Source of the DNA: Amphiscolops sp. MND2022
Lineage: Eukaryota
Assembly (NCBI GenBank): GCA_964187785.1
Contig: OZ076409.1
Location: forward strand, 95,482,001-95,546,000
DNA: 64,000 nucleotides
Reading direction: 5' to 3'
Every line of letters starts with the position of its first letter. The first letter of the stretch is position 1. The notes under the pieces are model-generated. The model ran no database searches. It was not told the origin of the DNA and saw nothing but the letters and a program-made list of their open reading frames with translations. Positions 47,758 through 60,246 of the stretch are shown here, one piece after another. Both the position numbers and the translations under genes were made by a program.

Positions 47758-50700
47758 TGGCGCTGCGAGCTACTGATGATGAAGCTTCTAATTCACCGGT
47801 ACCAGGCCTGAACTATTTTTGGCAAGAGGCTGAGAAAGAACCCTCTTACGAATAGGAGCAGTGGCAGCAATTATTCGAAGTTGCAGTATTGGCTCGACAC
47901 TCAATTGCTGTAACCGAAATCACCAGGACTGCGGATGAACAAAACCCTCGTGTTCCAGCATTGATGGGAAACCTGGAAGAAAATGCGGCTGCAAGAAAGA
48001 TAGTAAGCTTACTTTACACGTCTCTTGGTAAAAATGGCAGAAAAATGATAATGGACAAATTCCCTCAAATCAACATCTTGCTTATTCAATTACCCCAATT
48101 CCTGCAACATTGTAATGAATGCTTCCAAACGCGGAGAAATAGAACCATGGATAGACATACCTTTTTGTCAAGAAAGCAGAAGCCGAATGAATCCCTTTAC
48201 CAGTTTTGGAATGCTTTAAACAGATTGGCGGCTAAATGTAATTTTGGCAATCAGACAGAAGGCTTAGTCTATGACATTTTCGTTCTCAATATGTCAAATA
48301 AACTGGTCCAAGCAAAACTTTGCACAGAGCCAAAAGATACCCCAGCAGAGGCTCTTCAATTCGCAATCGCTTTTGAAGATGGGCTAAAAAGACAGAAGAC
48401 ATATGGATACATTGGACAAGAGCCCAAGATAAAAGAAGAACCAGTCTGTGCAGTCAGTGGAAGCGGCTTCAATACAAGAGAGTGTTGGAGATGTGACGCT
48501 GGAAATTTTACGATGGAGCATCTAAAATTCTGTAAAGGGCCAAATGCGATGTGTAATTACTGCGGTAGAAAAGGACATTTGGAGAAAGTCTGTAATCAGA
48601 AGAAGAAAGACGAATTTCAACAAAATGGCAAATTCAAAACAAGTGGCAGCAGTGAGCAAACAAACCGCCGCGTACAATTAGTCGATCAAGAGGATGAAGA
48701 CGATGAAAACTTAATGGTTTTAAACGTAGAAGGAGACGAAAATACGAAACCATATTACATGGAAGGATTCATCAATGGAAACAAATTCAAAACGATGATC
48801 GATTCAGGATCTCCCGTCACAATTTTTGCACTGGACGAAATAAAGCAGATTATGAAAAGAGAAACCCTTCCCGTGCGCGAGATGATTGAAGGAGAAAAGT
48901 ACGTGGATTTTAATGGGAAACCATTAAATCTACTGGGATATGTGTTTTGCGAAGTACAAGTGGGCAATCAGTACATTAAGAAGGCGAGAATTCTAATTGC
49001 CAAAAAGGGAACAAAGTCCATTGTCGGTCGAGAGTGGCTCTCTACGTTGAGATACAAATTTACACAAGTGAACGAAGGTGAGTTAGAAGTTAATTCAGTA
49101 GAAAAAGACGAGGAACTAAGTGCAGAAGCAAAGCAACTAAGTAACGAATTTCCAGATCTGTTCAAAAGAAACGGAAGAATAAAAAACCACCAAGTAAAAA
49201 TTAATCTGAAATCAGACGCAAAATTTTCCCAGCAGAAAGGAAGGCGAATTCCAATACAATTACAAACTGCGGTAGATGCGGAAATAAAACGACTACTGAA
49301 AGACGGCCATATTGAGAAAATAAACGAAATTAAATATGATGTCTTTATACAACCAACGGTAATCACGGTAAAGAAAGACCGTTCAGTGAAAATTGCACTA
49401 GACGCTAGAGCGCTAAACCAAGCGATTGATAAAGATAAATATCAAATGCCAAATCTAGACAATTTACTAGATATGGTAGCAGAAAAACTTGATAACGAAA
49501 ACGGAGAGGCATGGTACTCGTCCGTAGATATGACCTATGCATACGGTCAAGTTCCTTTGCACCCATTAACGGCAAAACACTGTAATTTTCAAATTATTGG
49601 AAGCGAATCCACGGGAACATACAGATTTGTAACAGGTTTTTACGGTCTGACGGTTATGCCGACAGAATTTCAAAAAGTAATGGATTTACTATTAGCTAGA
49701 TTTAGAGAAGTATTTGTTTTTATCGACGACATTTTAATAGTAACCAAGGGAACTAAGAACGAACATTTGAACAAAGTGCGGGAAATACTAAAAGCAATGA
49801 ATGAAGCCAAATTACAATTAAAGCCGGGAAAATGCAATTTTGCAAAACAAGAAATAGAGTGGTTGGGATTCAAATTGACGAGTTCAGGCATTTCGCCAAT
49901 TAATACAAAGGTACAAGGGATTTCCGATAAACTCAGACCAACCAATTTGAAAGAACTGAGATCATTTTTGGGTGCGGTAAACCAATTCAATAGATTTGTT
50001 CCAGATTTAGCTACTATTTGTTTTCCGTTTAGATCAATTTTAAAAAGAGACGCAGAATGGAATTGGAATGAAGAGCATGAATCGGCGTTCAAAAAAGTAA
50101 AAGAAGAAGAGAAAAAAGTTGCGGAATTAACACATTTCAAAAAGAAAAAACCACTGCGAATAATCTGCGATGCGAGTAAACAAGGGCTAGGAGCGGTTCT
50201 TCAACAAAAAGAAGATATGGGCTGGAAGCCAATTTCGTATGCACCAAGGTTTTTAACGGAACTTGAAGCGAAGTACTCAATTAATGAATTATAACTACTC
50301 GCAGTAGTTTGGGCAATTGAACATTTTAAAAATTACGTCTGCGGTGAAAAGTTTGGAGTAGTGTCAGATCACAAGGCTTTACAGAGTGTATTAAAAGCGA
50401 ATAAAGGAAATAAAACCTTTTCAAGTAGGTTAACCAGGTGGGTAGACAGGCTACTTCCATTCGACTTTTCAGTAATACACGCACCGGGTGGAACGATAGG
50501 ATTAGCCGATAACCTTTCACGACACCCGTCCGAATATTGTGGATCAACAGTAAAAGCGGAAGAAATGTTTAATAGTTGGTTTACAATAAATGTAGTAGAT
50601 GAATTCGTTCCGCCATTGAATAGAAAACTGGCCAATAAAAATGAACCAATCAGAATCAAGATTGAAAGCAAAAGAAACGTAAGCGTGAACGATAGTGTGT

Positions 50701-52415
50701 TGACAGTTCATACGCCTACGCAGTCGAATACTATTAGCAAACAAAACGTAAAAGTGCCAACAAGCGATAAAATGGCAGAAGCAAAAGATTTGTCAAAATC
50801 AAAAATTAGCCAAAATTACGTCCAAGCAAATTCTGAGAACGACCGCAACATCCAAAAAATCATTCAATTAATCAGAGACAAAAACGCGGCAGTAATCTCT
50901 CGTTTACCTCCCCCTTGGAGAGAGAAATTCAACTCATTTAGCCTGGATTCGAAAAATTTATTATATATGGACCAACGGCTGGTAATTCCGAAAGACATGC
51001 GCGAAAACGTACTAAGGGCCATACATTTCGGGCACGCCTGCAGAGATGCCATGTTACGGGAGGCATCGGACGTGTGGTGGCCCAGAATCCACCGTGAGAT
51101 TGTTGAAAAGGCACGAAACTGCGCTGAATGCCAGAAAGCAGGTAAGAACCTTAAATGTATAAACAGTCAAAAAGAATTTGGAAAAATACCGGAAGCAAAA
51201 AACCCAAACGATGAAATTTCAATAGATTTTGCAGGACCGTTTCAAAATGCATATAAACAGAAGAAATATTTAGTAGTATCAGTAGATAACAATTCAGGAT
51301 GGCCTGATGCAATGTTTTTACCTAACCCTTTGGCAGAGAAAGTTGTAGAAATTTTACTAGAATATATATTAACCAATGGAATTCCAAAAAAGATTAGAAC
51401 AGATCCGGGGACAGTGTTCAAGGGAGAAAAATTTAAGCAATTTTGTGAAGAAAGATTTATCAAACATGTAATCTGCCCCATTCGAGACCATCGGGGTAAT
51501 GGGAAAGTAGAAAGAATGATCAGAACATTGAACGAAAGACTTAGAACAAATAGAAAAATAGTAGTCGAAAAGGATACATCCGGGTTGTCAAACATTTTAT
51601 TTGCACCAAAAACGGAAAAAGGGGTAGACAACACATCGGCTTACGAAAGACAAATGGGTAGAAAACCAAACACATTAAAGTCGGCTATGATCAGAAAGTG
51701 TTTTTTAGAAAAAGATCCTCAACTCCAAATCGAGCCGGAAGACTTCAGTGAGGAGGCCGACTCAACAATTCTCGTTCGAGAAAGAGTAAACGGAACGAAA
51801 CTTGAAGGAAACTTCAAAAAGATAAAAGGCCAAGTAATCAATCAAAGCGAACACACGATAACTGTGCTACCCAGAGTAGGTAAGAAAACAACCTACTCAA
51901 AGCGCGATGTAGCCAAAATGGGACAAAGTGCAAACTCCGCCAAGAAGGAAACTGCCAAAACGAAATCGAAAATCCAAGAAAAGCCCGAAAAGCCAATTCA
52001 ACCATTTTGGCGGGAATCGACAAGCAGCTCCGAAATGGGACAAATGCCAAAAATGCCACAAAAGGAACAAACGGCACACAGAGAACAACAATCGGAAGAA
52101 GAGATTGTAGTACAAGATGAAAAAGAAAGAGAAGTGAGCCCCGAACAAACAGTCCAAATCAAAGAATCAAAAAGCGAAATAGAAGAAGCATCAGAAAAAG
52201 AAGAAAATTTGGACAAACAAGAAACAAAGAAGGCACCCATAAAAGGAAATGTAAAATGGGAAAAAGAGAAAAAAGCAACTCGAAGCTCAACAAGAAACCA
52301 CAAAAAACCTAACTGGCTGGGCAACAACATAATGGTGACCAAAGTGGAACCAGAGTCATGCACTGAAGAAAGTCTCCCAAGTGTGTTCGAAATAGAACCA
52401 CCTGAAAATAAATAA
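47757..52415 (+). pseudogene. pol: gag-pol polyprotein (Gag with CCHC, PR, RT, RH, IN) with two in-frame stops (TAG 47853-47855, TAA 50292-50294)
   Basis: CNYCGRKGHLEKVC, IDSGS, FIDD, CDAS, DFAGP/TDPG/VER. ORFs 47889..50294 and 50361..52415 are in the same frame as ATG 47757. Confidence 0.93.
47758..47770 (+). promoter_or_regulatory. Primer-binding site, tRNA-Ser-like
   Basis: TGGCGCTGCGAGC directly after the LTR; resembles the complement of tRNA-Ser(CGA/TGA) 3' ends. Confidence 0.75.
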
Positions 52416-52738
52416 ACAAAAACCAATAACAAACACTGTTCTGTTGCTAAACTAAATTGTTGAGTTAATTCAAAACCCTAGTACTATTCATCCCAATTGA
52501 ATTAACCCCACCAATAACCGGTACGTTATCCTACGTTGCTAAAATTGTGTTGTAGTAACATAATTGATGATTTTAGTTATTATTGTTGTCATATTTATTA
52601 AACTTAACCATTGAGTAACACTGTAAATTATTACTATAAACTTATTGTCTAAAACAGGAACCAATCATGAGTTAAACCAAATGTCTGTGAAGTAAATTGA
52701 TATCCATTGAAGTCATATAACCCCCCATACTTAACCAA

Positions 52739-52751
52739 TAAAAGAGGGAAG
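52739..52751 (+). promoter_or_regulatory. Polypurine tract
   Basis: Purine run ...AAAAGAGGGAAG abutting the 3' LTR. Confidence 0.85.
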
Positions 52752-52956
52752 TGTAGTAGAGTCTAGAATACTGAACTTAATTACTTAATTGCTGAGAAAA
52801 CAAATGTGTGAAAATAATTAAATTACGTAACAATAACAACCTGCCAAACTTAGCCAAAGTGGCAAAATAACATCAACTGCCATAACATCAGATTCTGTAC
52901 TAATTCACAGTTGTTACTGAATTCTCTTCTTTCTCTTGAGTTCGTTATCGTCAACA
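52752..52956 (+). repeat. 3' LTR
   Basis: Direct repeat of 47553-47757. Confidence 0.97.
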
Positions 52957-53268
52957 TAGCACGTTTACTTGATAACAAGAGAGTAACTCTACCGTCGAGA
53001 CACTTCTGACTCAAAACAAAGTTGTCACCTCCTTAACAACCTGGTCTGCTTTGACACACGATGACTGATCGTATTTTCATCAGCTCGCTTGACCAGCGGG
53101 TTTCTCACTTTATTGTACGATATCGCTTGTAGAAATAACGTAGTTGCAGGCGAGAATAAAGCATTCACGTTTTCCCATCGATGAACTAGAAAGATGATAA
53201 AATGATGGAGTTCATCCATGCTTTCACATCGGCTCATGAACATTACATGACACATACGCATAGCTAGT

Positions 53269-54166
53269 AACAAGACGGGAACGTCTTAAGTCGGCGACAT
53301 ATCTAAGGCTCATAAAGCTCAAACTTTTTGAAATTGTAAAAGGGGGGGCCTTTGGGTTTTTTGAAAATCCAATTTGTTGCGGGGTATAACGTCTCAAACT
53401 TCGGATATAGCGTGCTGGCCCAAATGGGAGCGCTTTTTGAACCTCCGCCCCCTCCTTGGTGAAACGGAATGTAATTCGAATATAACGTCAAAAATTCGGA
53501 TATAGCGCTTTACTGGGGATATTACGTCCAAGTTTCGGATAGTTTTGGAAAAATTATTGGTAAATATATACTGAGAAAACCCAATTTCAGACGAAAAATG
53601 ACAATTTTGAACAGTCTCATAGTGCCGAAAAATCTAAAATAGGGGACCCTTTGGGATTGTTTAATATCTATTATGTTACAAAATATTTAAAAATTGAAGG
53701 GGGACCCTTTCGGGAAATTTAAAAAAATATTCGAGAAAAAAAACGAAAAATCGAAAAATAAGAATTTTGAGCCAGTCTCATAGTGCCGAAAAACTTAAAA
53801 GGGGAGACCCTTTGGGCTTTTTGAAACTTCAATTTGCTTTAAAATATCAAAAAACAAAAAAGGGGGACCCTTTGGGGACGAAAAAATTGAAAAAAAAGTC
53901 GCACAGTGCCGAAAAAACTCAAAGGGGGACCCTATAATCTCGTCCTGTTTTGTATCTTACGATAAAATTGGAGTAACTGAAAGGGGGGACCTTTGGACTA
54001 TCCTAAATGCGCTCCCCGTTTGCCGGTCCAGTAGTTTAGTACTGTAATTAGTAGTTGAACGTTAATTTTAACGTTCGTCGCTTCGAGACTGTCTTAAAAA
54101 ATAAAGAAAAAAAACGAGTGACTGTAATAGTCGGGCTCTTTTATTAATAAACGCGCCGACTAAAAA
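53269..54166 (-). mobile_element. Helentron-type element, family A (long copy with internal tandem units)
   Basis: Family A termini; repeated GTCTCATAGTGCCGAAAAA...GGGGACCCTTT units; three TATAACGTC...TTCGGATA motifs at 53385-53540; right end closely matches 36450-36612. Confidence 0.85.
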
Positions 54167-56314
54167 CGATGTCCAAACGATGAAGTTCACCTTCCACTCA
54201 CTCACTCACTATCCCACTGAAAGCGATAAATAAAGCTTTGGAATCGCCTAATTGATTCTATTTTAATCCACCTCCCCTCTCGCAGCGATTCATCGCTTTT
54301 GTATCGCTTCTTCGATTTACTATATTTCACGTTCCCTGCTAGTAATAAACCATCGGTTCCATATCGTTTCTTGTATTTCACTATCTTTTCATTATATATT
54401 CATGAAAATCGTTCCTTCAAACATAATTTTGGCGCGCAAACATAATTTGTATGCCTCTTGCGACCATGTTAGGAATTGGTCACGTGACCGTATAATTAGC
54501 GCCAAAGTTGGTCACCCAATGCGAGCGCTGGATAGTAAAAATTGCGACTTACCATCCACTGACACATCACTATAGATACAGCCTTACCACCTAACCACGA
54601 GAAAACGCGTTTAAAAACTTGATGTACAGTAATAATTATTACCATGTATCACCTTGACATATTGCAACATCTCCAACCGCTGAGTCTGTTGCTGCTGAAG
54701 ATCAATTATAGATACCCTGACTTGTCATTCCTAAAATCCTACAAAGCACATCCTTCTCAAATCGTAGTAGTGATCCTTCTAGACGACTTAAAAACAGGAA
54801 AATATTTATTCGCAAAAAAACAATTACCAGAATATGATTCCAGTCCAAAATATTTTTAAAAAATCAGGAAGACCAACACTGCTTCCTTTCTTCTTCTAAC
54901 ACATGAAAACCAGAGAGAGAACGAAGTAAGATTCGAGAGGCTCCAAGACGGATTTTCGTCGCTTCAAAAACTAATGGATAGACTGATTAAGCAAAATGTG
55001 GAACAATCCAGACAAGAAGACGCTGTAGGTGCGGTGACTTCTCGTGGACAACCGTCGCACACCGGTGCTAATAATAACATTCGCTCACTGACGCTCAACT
55101 TCGGAGTTGAAGCGACGTTTTTTGCTGTTGAAACGAACCGACGGAACTTGACAGAATTTTTTGTAAACAGCCATGCTAATGTGTGTCTACTTTGTACTGA
55201 ACAGATCAGTACATAAAGGAAGAAGCAAGACCCTTAAAAGCGAGTGATGAGTTTATCTTCAAAACGTTCGTCGAACGACTGAGCAACTCGATGGAGTATT
55301 GGGAATATTAGCAATTCAAAACTAAGGGTTTTGAAGACGCAGTGCTTTTGGTCGTGAAAAGACAAATTCATCTCAACCTCCGGATTCAATAAGCTGATCA
55401 AACTCCCGCTGCAACGGTCAATGATCTGGCACCTTTTTTGAGATCCCAAATTTTCGATCAGATAAAAACTGCTGATGAAGGAAGCCATTAATTAGTTCAC
55501 GACAAAAAGATGAGTTGATATCTAGTTAGTTATTTTTGACGACGGGTCATCAAATTTTGAGGCAACCGCATAAATGATCAATGACCTGCGCTGAAGAAGA
55601 ATCTCAACTACTTTGATCAAAGCGTGAGTTTTGACACCACGCTTAACGGAAGCATTTTGTGTAAATTATTCGAGAAACAAAGTTTCAGTGGAAATTCAAC
55701 TTATGGCCCAATCAAAAGGGACTGTCAATGTTCCATGGAACGAATCATCAGGAAAAAAAAACAGGATTGCTGCATATTTGGAAGGGTTGTACTTTTGGAA
55801 GGGTTGTAGTTTATGATGTCATGCATATTTGATGTATGCATTGATATTCCGGAGAGATTTCCCTTAGTGGTGTTTTTGATACCTTGATGCGAACAGAGAT
55901 AAGTCATCCATGGGAGCTACACGTGGTTGCATCGATTGGCTATCGATGGATGTGGCAAAAAATAATATGAATGTGGCAAACATTTTATGGACCTTTATAG
56001 GCAACATGTATGGGTTGCCTTGGTAACCCAACTAGGGACTTTTCTAAGAGTTATGATCATCCCAATTCTCCATAAAAGTAGAAGTTTTGAATTCAAAAAG
56101 TTTTTGTGCGCCCGAATTTCGAAACAAATCAATGCTCAGATCTCTAAATCTATGTTGAAGCAAGCGGTGAGTTTCGGAACTTTAACTGTATTCTTTCAAC
56201 TTTATATCTAAAATGAATAAGGTAACAACGAACATGTAACATTAAAAAGAATAATAAAAACGTTAGGATTGCCCCAAGGATTTTTTAAATTCCCAATTCA
56301 ACTTAGCATGAAGT

Positions 56315-57190
56315 CTAGTTCCTTAATGTTTTTGCAGTTCGAGCATGCACAGGATAATGCCATGTGCAAATGATAGCATGATCGCAATGGTTGCAAACGT
56401 AAGTACAGTAGACATGGAGTATCTCTCTATTCGGGATTTCTGTGGCGTGTACGTCTTTGCCAATTGCGCTGCCCAGTTTGTTTGCGATGTAACATGCTCT
56501 TGTCCAGAAATCATTTTCTTCTTTAGCTGTTGCCCTGACGGGTTTCGAATCCCGATAAATTTTTAGATCTCGTCGGTTGGGTGACTTTGGTAACAATTAA
56601 GTTATTTTTCCGTCCAGTGCAAAGTGTATTGTTTGTGGCTGACTTCAATAAGTATTAAGAGTACATGTATAAAATCAAGGTAAAGTGGAAGTGGCAGTAA
56701 CTTGAGCCTCAGCAAAGATTTTTGGAATTTTCCCCAGCCCAGTAATCATCTAACAGCTTTTTCCTGCGCTCTTTTAATCTGTCTGAGGTCGCTGTTTGAA
56801 GCATTCTAGCGAACTGTTCCGCTGGATTCAATGGGAACAATGTAGCTTTTGTACAAGCTTTTCTTCGAAATTTCGGAAGTTTCGCTTTATTATGAAGAGT
56901 GACCTCAGTGCCTTTTCAAAACGTCTCCCAGCTTGTTCTTTCTACGTCAACGATTTCGAGACTAATGCTTAACGTTTTTGATTTTTTCTCGCTGGATGGT
57001 AAGAGCATTCATTTTGACATAAGATTACACTTTGGAGTGGACAGTTTTGCACTTTTTCAAATTTAGACTCATCATGTTGTTCTGGCACCATTTTCATATC
57101 CGATGAGCATCAATTTGGAGAATGGCTGGATTTGTGTGAATTACTTTATAGTCGTCAGCGTAACCAAAACACTCGGTTACACAAACATAA
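56315..57190 (-). mobile_element. 5'-truncated, decayed CR1/L2-like LINE (RT C-terminal part)
   Basis: - strand CFGYADDYKV (YADD at 57151-57162), KWCQNNMMSLNLKKCK, LYKSYIVPI, LLRLKLLPLPLYL, FWTRAC...CTW. Confidence 0.85.
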
Positions 57191-57637
57191 ATAGAGCAGT
57201 CTTATGTGATTAGTTCTGACTTTGTCAACCAACAACTCTATAGCTGCTCTTCTTGATGGTGGTGTGACATTGGCATGACACATCCCCCCTCCGGGTTAAT
57301 TATACGAAACAGCTCTTGATATCGAATCTCAGTCTGCCAATCATTCGATACGAAAACTACTGTTTGAGTTAAATTAACTTTTGAAATCCAAAATGACAAT
57401 AATTTGACAAGCACTCTTAACTCAAGGTATTGGACATTCTGCGAAGACTCAAAACGTCTTTTTCAGAGATATTAGTTAGTAAAAACAAATCCAATTCGAA
57501 TGATTTTTAGTGTGACATGAGAAGCTTTCAGTAGGTTGTTGACAGCAATGAAAGTTTTTTACATGTTCCGTTTTTGGGACATTTCTATGGTCAAGCTATG
57601 AGAATCTTCCTGGGTAGGTAGTTCCCTGCACAAAAAG

Positions 57638-57752
57638 GCTCTCTCTCTCTTCTCTCTCTCTTCTCTTTCTCTCTCTCTCTCTCTCTCTCTTCTATTTCTT
57701 TCTTTCTCTCTCTCTCTCTCTCTCTTTTTTTTTCTCTCTCTCTTTCTCTCTC
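57638..57752. repeat. Imperfect (CT)n microsatellite
   Basis: Direct observation. Confidence 0.95.
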
Positions 57753-57962
57753 TGGGTTTTTAACGAAATTTTCCCACGTAAGAACTCGAGAAGTGTACTC
57801 CATACAAGGTTTTTTGCATAAGTTCAACTGTCTCGTGTAATTAACGAAATACTAAATTGAACGGCAACCAACCAATGACCTGGTATCGCCTTTTTGTAGA
57901 AAAACGGACGAAAAAGACAAAGGAATCCAAGTATTTAGCTTTGAAGTAGAAAAAATTGTAAC

Positions 57963-58146
57963 CTGTTACTCCGGGATCGTCTTCCATGTCGTTATTTTGG
58001 TCATTAGTGACTGAATTATCATCGTCTGTTAACAAAAGGACGCCAGAATTAGTCAAGCTGTAGCCAGAATTAGACCTCTCGACCCGGGATGAAATTCCAC
58101 TGGGGGAAATCAGCCCCATTCCTTGGGTTAATATTTTCCCCTTCAT
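57963..58146 (-). CDS. Candidate first coding exon of the putative host gene
   Basis: ATG at 58146 preceded by an in-frame TGA and a TTTTCAAG acceptor upstream; MKGKILTQ...DMEDDPGVT; phase-1 donor AG|GTTACA matches the 2-nt start of the exon at 37310. Confidence 0.45.
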
Positions 58147-60045
58147 TATTCAACAACTGTCTTTTTTGCGATCAGGATTCTGTCTTGAAAAAGAAACGCC
58201 AAAGTTGTCTTCAATTCAATGCAAAACTGTCCGTTGCTGATAAAAATATGTAATTAGCTGTATGGATTGACTGCTGGTATTGTTTACGCGAGCAGGCGAT
58301 GCATTAGAGATTTGAGATTAGCGCCGTAGGTCCATTTCTGAGTGACTAGATGGTGTGAATGCCATGGCGGGTTGAAAAGAAAAAATGGCGGTAAATGAAG
58401 AGAAAATAACAGGTATAGCTGCTCAAAGTGTGATCGAAGTGTGATCACACTTGCCAAGTTGTGTGAAAAGCATGAACACAATCTCAAATGTCACGTCGAT
58501 AATTGACCGGTGACAAAGAAGAAGTGAGAATTGGCTTTCACGGCAACTGATAACAAAAAGATAATTATTATAATTTTTGAGAATACTTCAATGATAGAAT
58601 CAAGGCAAGTTCGAGAAAGTGTAGGAAAGAATGGGAAAGAATGAACGAACTAAAATGAAAAGGACTTTTTTACGAGTCCTGTAAGAGCATCAAAGTTTAC
58701 CCTCAATGGTAGCAGTTTTCACCCAAGGGTTGAATGAATACATGTGAGGCATTCTCACTATTACAATTGGGTTAAATGCTGTAAGCTAACAATTTCAGGT
58801 GATTGACCTTATAAATCTAACCTTTTGGAACAGTATATATGTATATAGAGGTGAAATTGATATATAATATCAAGGTATATCATATGATTGGGTTTTATGC
58901 ATATAAATAAACAATTTTTCCAAAACAGAAGTGAAAAATATCTGTTTATTTATCACATAAATTTGGTAAAGGCGACGTTAGTTATAACTACAGGGCAGTG
59001 TAGTTATATTACCAAGTTATAAATGTTTAATTGGTTGAATGTCTACTTGGCAACGTTGGCTGTTTCAGCAGCAATCAATCTGACAAGAAGACAGGTAAAA
59101 TGACAGGTATACCCGTGGTCTGGGGGTACTCTACCGGGCTGAGGGAGGATCGCTGTGAGAATCAGACGGAATTCATTGAAATAAATGAGAAATTGGCTGG
59201 AATAAATGAGAAACATCCAATGGGAGCAAAGCAAAACACAATATCAATCCGACACGAAGAACCAGTTACCACAAATCTGATCTCCCAGTGAACAAAATTA
59301 ACAAGTAAGCAATCGCGGTTGAGCGAAGGTACAAGTGGATAGAATTGGGTGGTAAATTGGTAAGTGGACAAAATTGGTTGGTGTAATTTCAACGACCATT
59401 AACTTCAACTTTAGATTAACACAAAAGTAGAAAAATGCGTAAGAACAAAATCAAAACATACTGACGGATTTAGTAGAATGTTCAAGGAGGTCTAAAGAAC
59501 AACAGAACGAACTAAATGCTGTTGTATACAATTGATATTTGACTTGTAAGCTAATAAAATGGAAAAACATTTGCTTCATTTCCATTTTATACTGCTTCGC
59601 GAAATTGATCGAAAAAAAAACATTATACAGCGAAAAATATCGATTGTTTTCCGCCCATTTTTTTATCTATGGGGAAAACATTTCCTCTCAGCCGGCATTT
59701 TTGTGCTATAGTCATTCTTAAGTTTTTCCGGTGTAAAAATGCCAAAATGGTAAAATGGTGATTTGTACTTCAATTATTGGACTTCTTAAACGCAACACAT
59801 TTTGAAAACTTGCACAAATTTTGATCAACTTTCTGAAAGCTAAATAGGAAAATTCCGTGGAGTCTAGGGCAATCACTGAAGAGCACTTTGTGCGTTCAAG
59901 GATTTCCATTCAATATTCATGACTCACCATGTCATGGGCCATGCCAAGAACCATAAACCATGGATGCTTAACCATAAAAAACCATTAAACATGGATAGAT
60001 CCCAATGTTGAAACTGTTGTGGTGCCAAGACTCTCAATGTTTGAA

Positions 60046-60246
60046 CAGAGTTGGAAGCGGGCCTAAATATCCAGGCCCGGGTCCGGCCCTGCCCGGTAAC
60101 ATTCAAGCCAGCTCCGCCCAGACCCGGTCAATGCTTTTGAAAGTCCTACTAATAAACAGAAAATGAATTTAATTGGGACCCTTTTTGTTCTACACCTATC
60201 GAAACACAGGCCCGGCCCGGCCCGGCCCGGCCCGATTCCAACTCCG
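60046..60246 (-). mobile_element. Short hAT-like MITE with GGCCC repeats
   Basis: CAGAGTTGGAA/TTCCAACTCCG TIR; flanks TGTTTGAA/TGTTTTTA (degenerate 8-bp TSD); homolog of 36630-36794. Confidence 0.75.

Larger units (their letters stand above)
47553..52956 (+). mobile_element. Full-length Ty3/Gypsy (Mag-like) LTR retrotransposon, 5,404 bp, recent insertion
   Basis: Two 205-bp LTRs with one visible mismatch, TG...CA ends, perfect TSD TAGCA (47548-47552 and 52957-52961), PBS, PPT and a single gag-pol frame. Confidence 0.97.

Noticed and set aside
53590..53990. CRISPR-like repeat array
   Set aside because: The units are degenerate internal repeats of a eukaryotic Helentron-type element, without constant repeats, unique spacers or cas genes.
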